A stretch of 16,902 bases of DNA from Candidatus Altimarinota bacterium (GTDB lineage Bacteria; Patescibacteriota; Gracilibacteria; UBA1369). The position numbers and the translations under genes were made by a program. Positions 15,250 to 16,902 of this stretch are shown here, piece by piece. The stretch lies in assembly GCA_041659405.1 (NCBI GenBank), contig JBAZYK010000016.1:1-16902 (forward strand), in the 5' to 3' direction. Each line of letters starts with the position of its first letter. Position 1 is the stretch's first letter. The notes below the pieces were generated by a model that made no database searches, was not told where the DNA came from, and saw nothing but the letters and a program-made list of their open reading frames with translations.

Positions 15250-15287
15250 AAACTGACCAAAAGGTACTAGACCCGACCAGTCAGCCA
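15235..15287 (+). repeat. Composite repeat C: a tRNA-Gln 3' junction copy followed by a 36-nt hairpin element ending in CCA
   Basis: AGCCAGAAC(AG)GTA at 15235-15248 matches 13341-13352. The hairpin at 15253-15284 has outer stem CTGAC/GTCAG and core GGTACTAGACC, and is followed by CCA. The core GGTACTAGACCC is identical to 16378-16389. Confidence 0.65.
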
Positions 15288-15330
15288 ATACGGGCAGTTT
15301 GATTAGGGTTCTATTATTCTCAGAGCAAGC

Positions 15331-16302
15331 ATGTTAACACCTATAGATGTACATTATTTGGTTGGGCTGCTTTCACGAAATATTGAAGGGGCCTTGGTTG
15401 ATGTTATGCTAGGTGACATGGTTTATGATGTTGCAAAGAATGGGAAAAGAGACGTAGATATAACTGTGAAAGACAAGAGTGGAGTGATTACAGTATACAA
15501 GGGCATTGAAGTTAAGGCCTTCATAAAAGCAAAAAAGTTGAGACCTCTCTCATCAGACATTGTTGATGGGTTGATCCGGAAGCTTCAGGATATGCCTGAA
15601 ATTACACATAAGGCGATTGTATCTGCTACTGGCTATACGGCAGGAGCTGTAAATAAGGCGAATTATCATGGAGTGAACTTGTATGAATTTAAAACATTTG
15701 AAGGTGACCTAGATGGTGATCACATTAAAATGACTTTTGGTGCTGAGAATAACCAGTTTATTAATAACGTCTACTACTGGATAGGCAACATTCAGCTCGT
15801 AATTAATCCGAAAGAAAGCCTCAGTGAGGATTTGGTAGAAAAAATAAAAAAAAGCAAGCAGTTTATTGGCCGAGATGGACACATACTCAAGAAATGTCCA
15901 ACTCTTGATTTATTCTTGAAGAATATAAAAGACTATTCTTTAAATAAGATTATTCAGGATGAAACAATTGTGAAGCCACCCATTGGTACGCCATTTGTGG
16001 TTGATCAGATCATCACAACGCATGATCAGCCTTTAGTGTACATTGAAGGTGCAGATCCCGTCACAATTAAGGAAATACGTGTTACTGGCCGCGTAAATTC
16101 TGAGCAGAGGATATGCGTTCCACAATTTAAAGCATTATTCAGACAAGGCATGAAGGATCCTGACATTGTTAGTATGCTTTTTGAGGATGCTAACAGAAAC
16201 TTACACGGTATTTCCATACCGAAGCATGGAAATATTATTTCAGCACTTCATGTTCCATTAAGTGACCGATTGAAAAACCAAATTCGCCAGCAGAAAATTT
16301 AA
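15331..16302 (+). CDS. Mrr/restriction-endonuclease-like (PD-(D/E)xK) nuclease domain fused to an unknown C-terminal domain
   Basis: 323 aa. The N-terminal 120 aa carry D41-x-D43...E60-V-K62, followed by the HKAIVSATGYTAGAVNKA...NLYEF layout typical of Mrr_cat-type nucleases. Residues 130-323 have no motif I recognise. Confidence 0.7.
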   Translation: MLTPIDVHYLVGLLSRNIEGALVDVMLGDMVYDVAKNGKRDVDITVKDKSGVITVYKGIEVKAFIKAKKLRPLSSDIVDGLIRKLQDMPEITHKAIVSATGYTAGAVNKANYHGVNLYEFKTFEGDLDGDHIKMTFGAENNQFINNVYYWIGNIQLVINPKESLSEDLVEKIKKSKQFIGRDGHILKKCPTLDLFLKNIKDYSLNKIIQDETIVKPPIGTPFVVDQIITTHDQPLVYIEGADPVTIKEIRVTGRVNSEQRICVPQFKALFRQGMKDPDIVSMLFEDANRNLHGISIPKHGNIISALHVPLSDRLKNQIRQQKI

Positions 16303-16363
16303 ATCCAACATAAAATTAAACAGGAAACGCCACTATTGTGCCTCACGGCAAGAAACGGCAGGA

Positions 16364-16442
16364 TGGGATCGGCCAAGGGTACTAGACCCACTTAGCCAGC
16401 CAACAGGTATACCAAAATTGCGAAATTCCTTTGTCCTCATAG
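16364..16442 (+). repeat. Composite repeat B: a truncated tRNA-Gln-like element (hairpin plus AGCCA) followed by a copy of the tRNA-Gln trailer
   Basis: TGGGATCGGCCAAGGGTA resembles the tRNA-Gln 5' acceptor and D arm. GGTACTAGACCCACTTAGCCAGCCA matches 17 of 25 positions of the T arm, acceptor and CCA. The trailer 16407-16442 is identical at 29 of 36 positions to 13350-13385. Confidence 0.7.
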
Positions 16443-16478
16443 TGAAGGCACGGCTTGAGAATTTTGGCTTTTTTGTTG

Positions 16479-16841
16479 TTAATTACTGTGGTGAATGATC
16501 AGAATTTCATCTGCGTTTTCCATTGGCTTATAATCATGGGTGTATCGATACATCTCGGTTCTAAAAGTTCCTAGCTTATAGGGGCCCTGTTTTTCCGGAT
16601 TCTTAAGTTTATCAACAAAATCTGTTAGCGACTCTACATCTTTAATAATTATATCGGAATCTTTTTTTGATTTTTCGTTTATCTTCCAATCCTCAAACCA
16701 ATCCTTTTTCGTGGCGTATAAAAATTTATCTGCTTTAAGTTCCAATCGTTCTAAAACTTTTAACAATAAGATGCCTTCTATAATGGTCCCGCAAAATCGG
16801 ACAGAAAAATGGGGTATGCTAAGAGAGGTTTTTAACCCCAA
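16479..16841 (-). CDS. Hypothetical small protein with an uncertain start
   Basis: The ORF-track start at 16841 is TTG. An internal TTG at 16766, preceded by GAAGG with 7-nt spacing, would give about 95 aa (MLKVLERLELKADKF...). I recognise no homology. Confidence 0.4.
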   Translation of the reverse strand: MGLKTSLSIPHFSVRFCGTIIEGILLLKVLERLELKADKFLYATKKDWFEDWKINEKSKKDSDIIIKDVESLTDFVDKLKNPEKQGPYKLGTFRTEMYRYTHDYKPMENADEILIIHHSN

Positions 16842-16902
16842 AAATTATGCCAAAAGGTATACGGAAACAGTACGATGGAGCGTTCAAACTTAAAGTTATC
16901 CT

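Noticed and set aside
1-16902. CRISPR arrays, rRNA genes, IS elements or transposases, and integrases
   Set aside because: I saw no regularly spaced repeats, no rRNA-like conserved segments, and no ORF with recombinase or transposase motifs. The islets therefore lack an identifiable mobility gene within this window.

Overview
This 16.9-kb window looks like it comes from a compact, AT-leaning bacterial genome using the standard genetic code. TAA, TAG and TGA all terminate recognisable genes. A small-genome uncultivated lineage is my inference only.

Backbone genes:
- ssb and gmk
- a dinD homolog
- a cfa-family methyltransferase with a broken reading frame
- a Trm11/UPF0020-like methyltransferase
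- an Ig-like surface protein
- a histidine kinase with an N-terminal FNR-like flavoreductase module
- tRNA-Gln(CUG)
- tRNA-Asn(GUU), which is split by a 232-nt group I intron

Most genes have near-consensus sigma70 promoters with a 17-bp spacer, and almost none has a Shine-Dalgarno sequence.

Most interesting observations:
1. Two transcription units run from a strong promoter to an intrinsic terminator with no credible ORF. One is about 620 nt on the + strand (136-791). The other is about 500 nt on the - strand (11472-10935). I treat both as candidate large non-coding RNAs of a class I do not recognise.
2. The intron-containing tRNA-Asn.
3. Both tRNA genes adjoin small, AT-richer gene cassettes bounded by degenerate copies of the tRNA 3' end plus trailer. 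The cassettes carry a methyltransferase, a BNR-repeat protein with a small partner, and an Mrr-like nuclease with an unknown C-terminal domain. No integrase is present.
4. A 36-nt hairpin repeat ending in CCA follows each cassette at the tRNA-Gln locus.

I saw no rRNA, CRISPR array, transposase or integrase.
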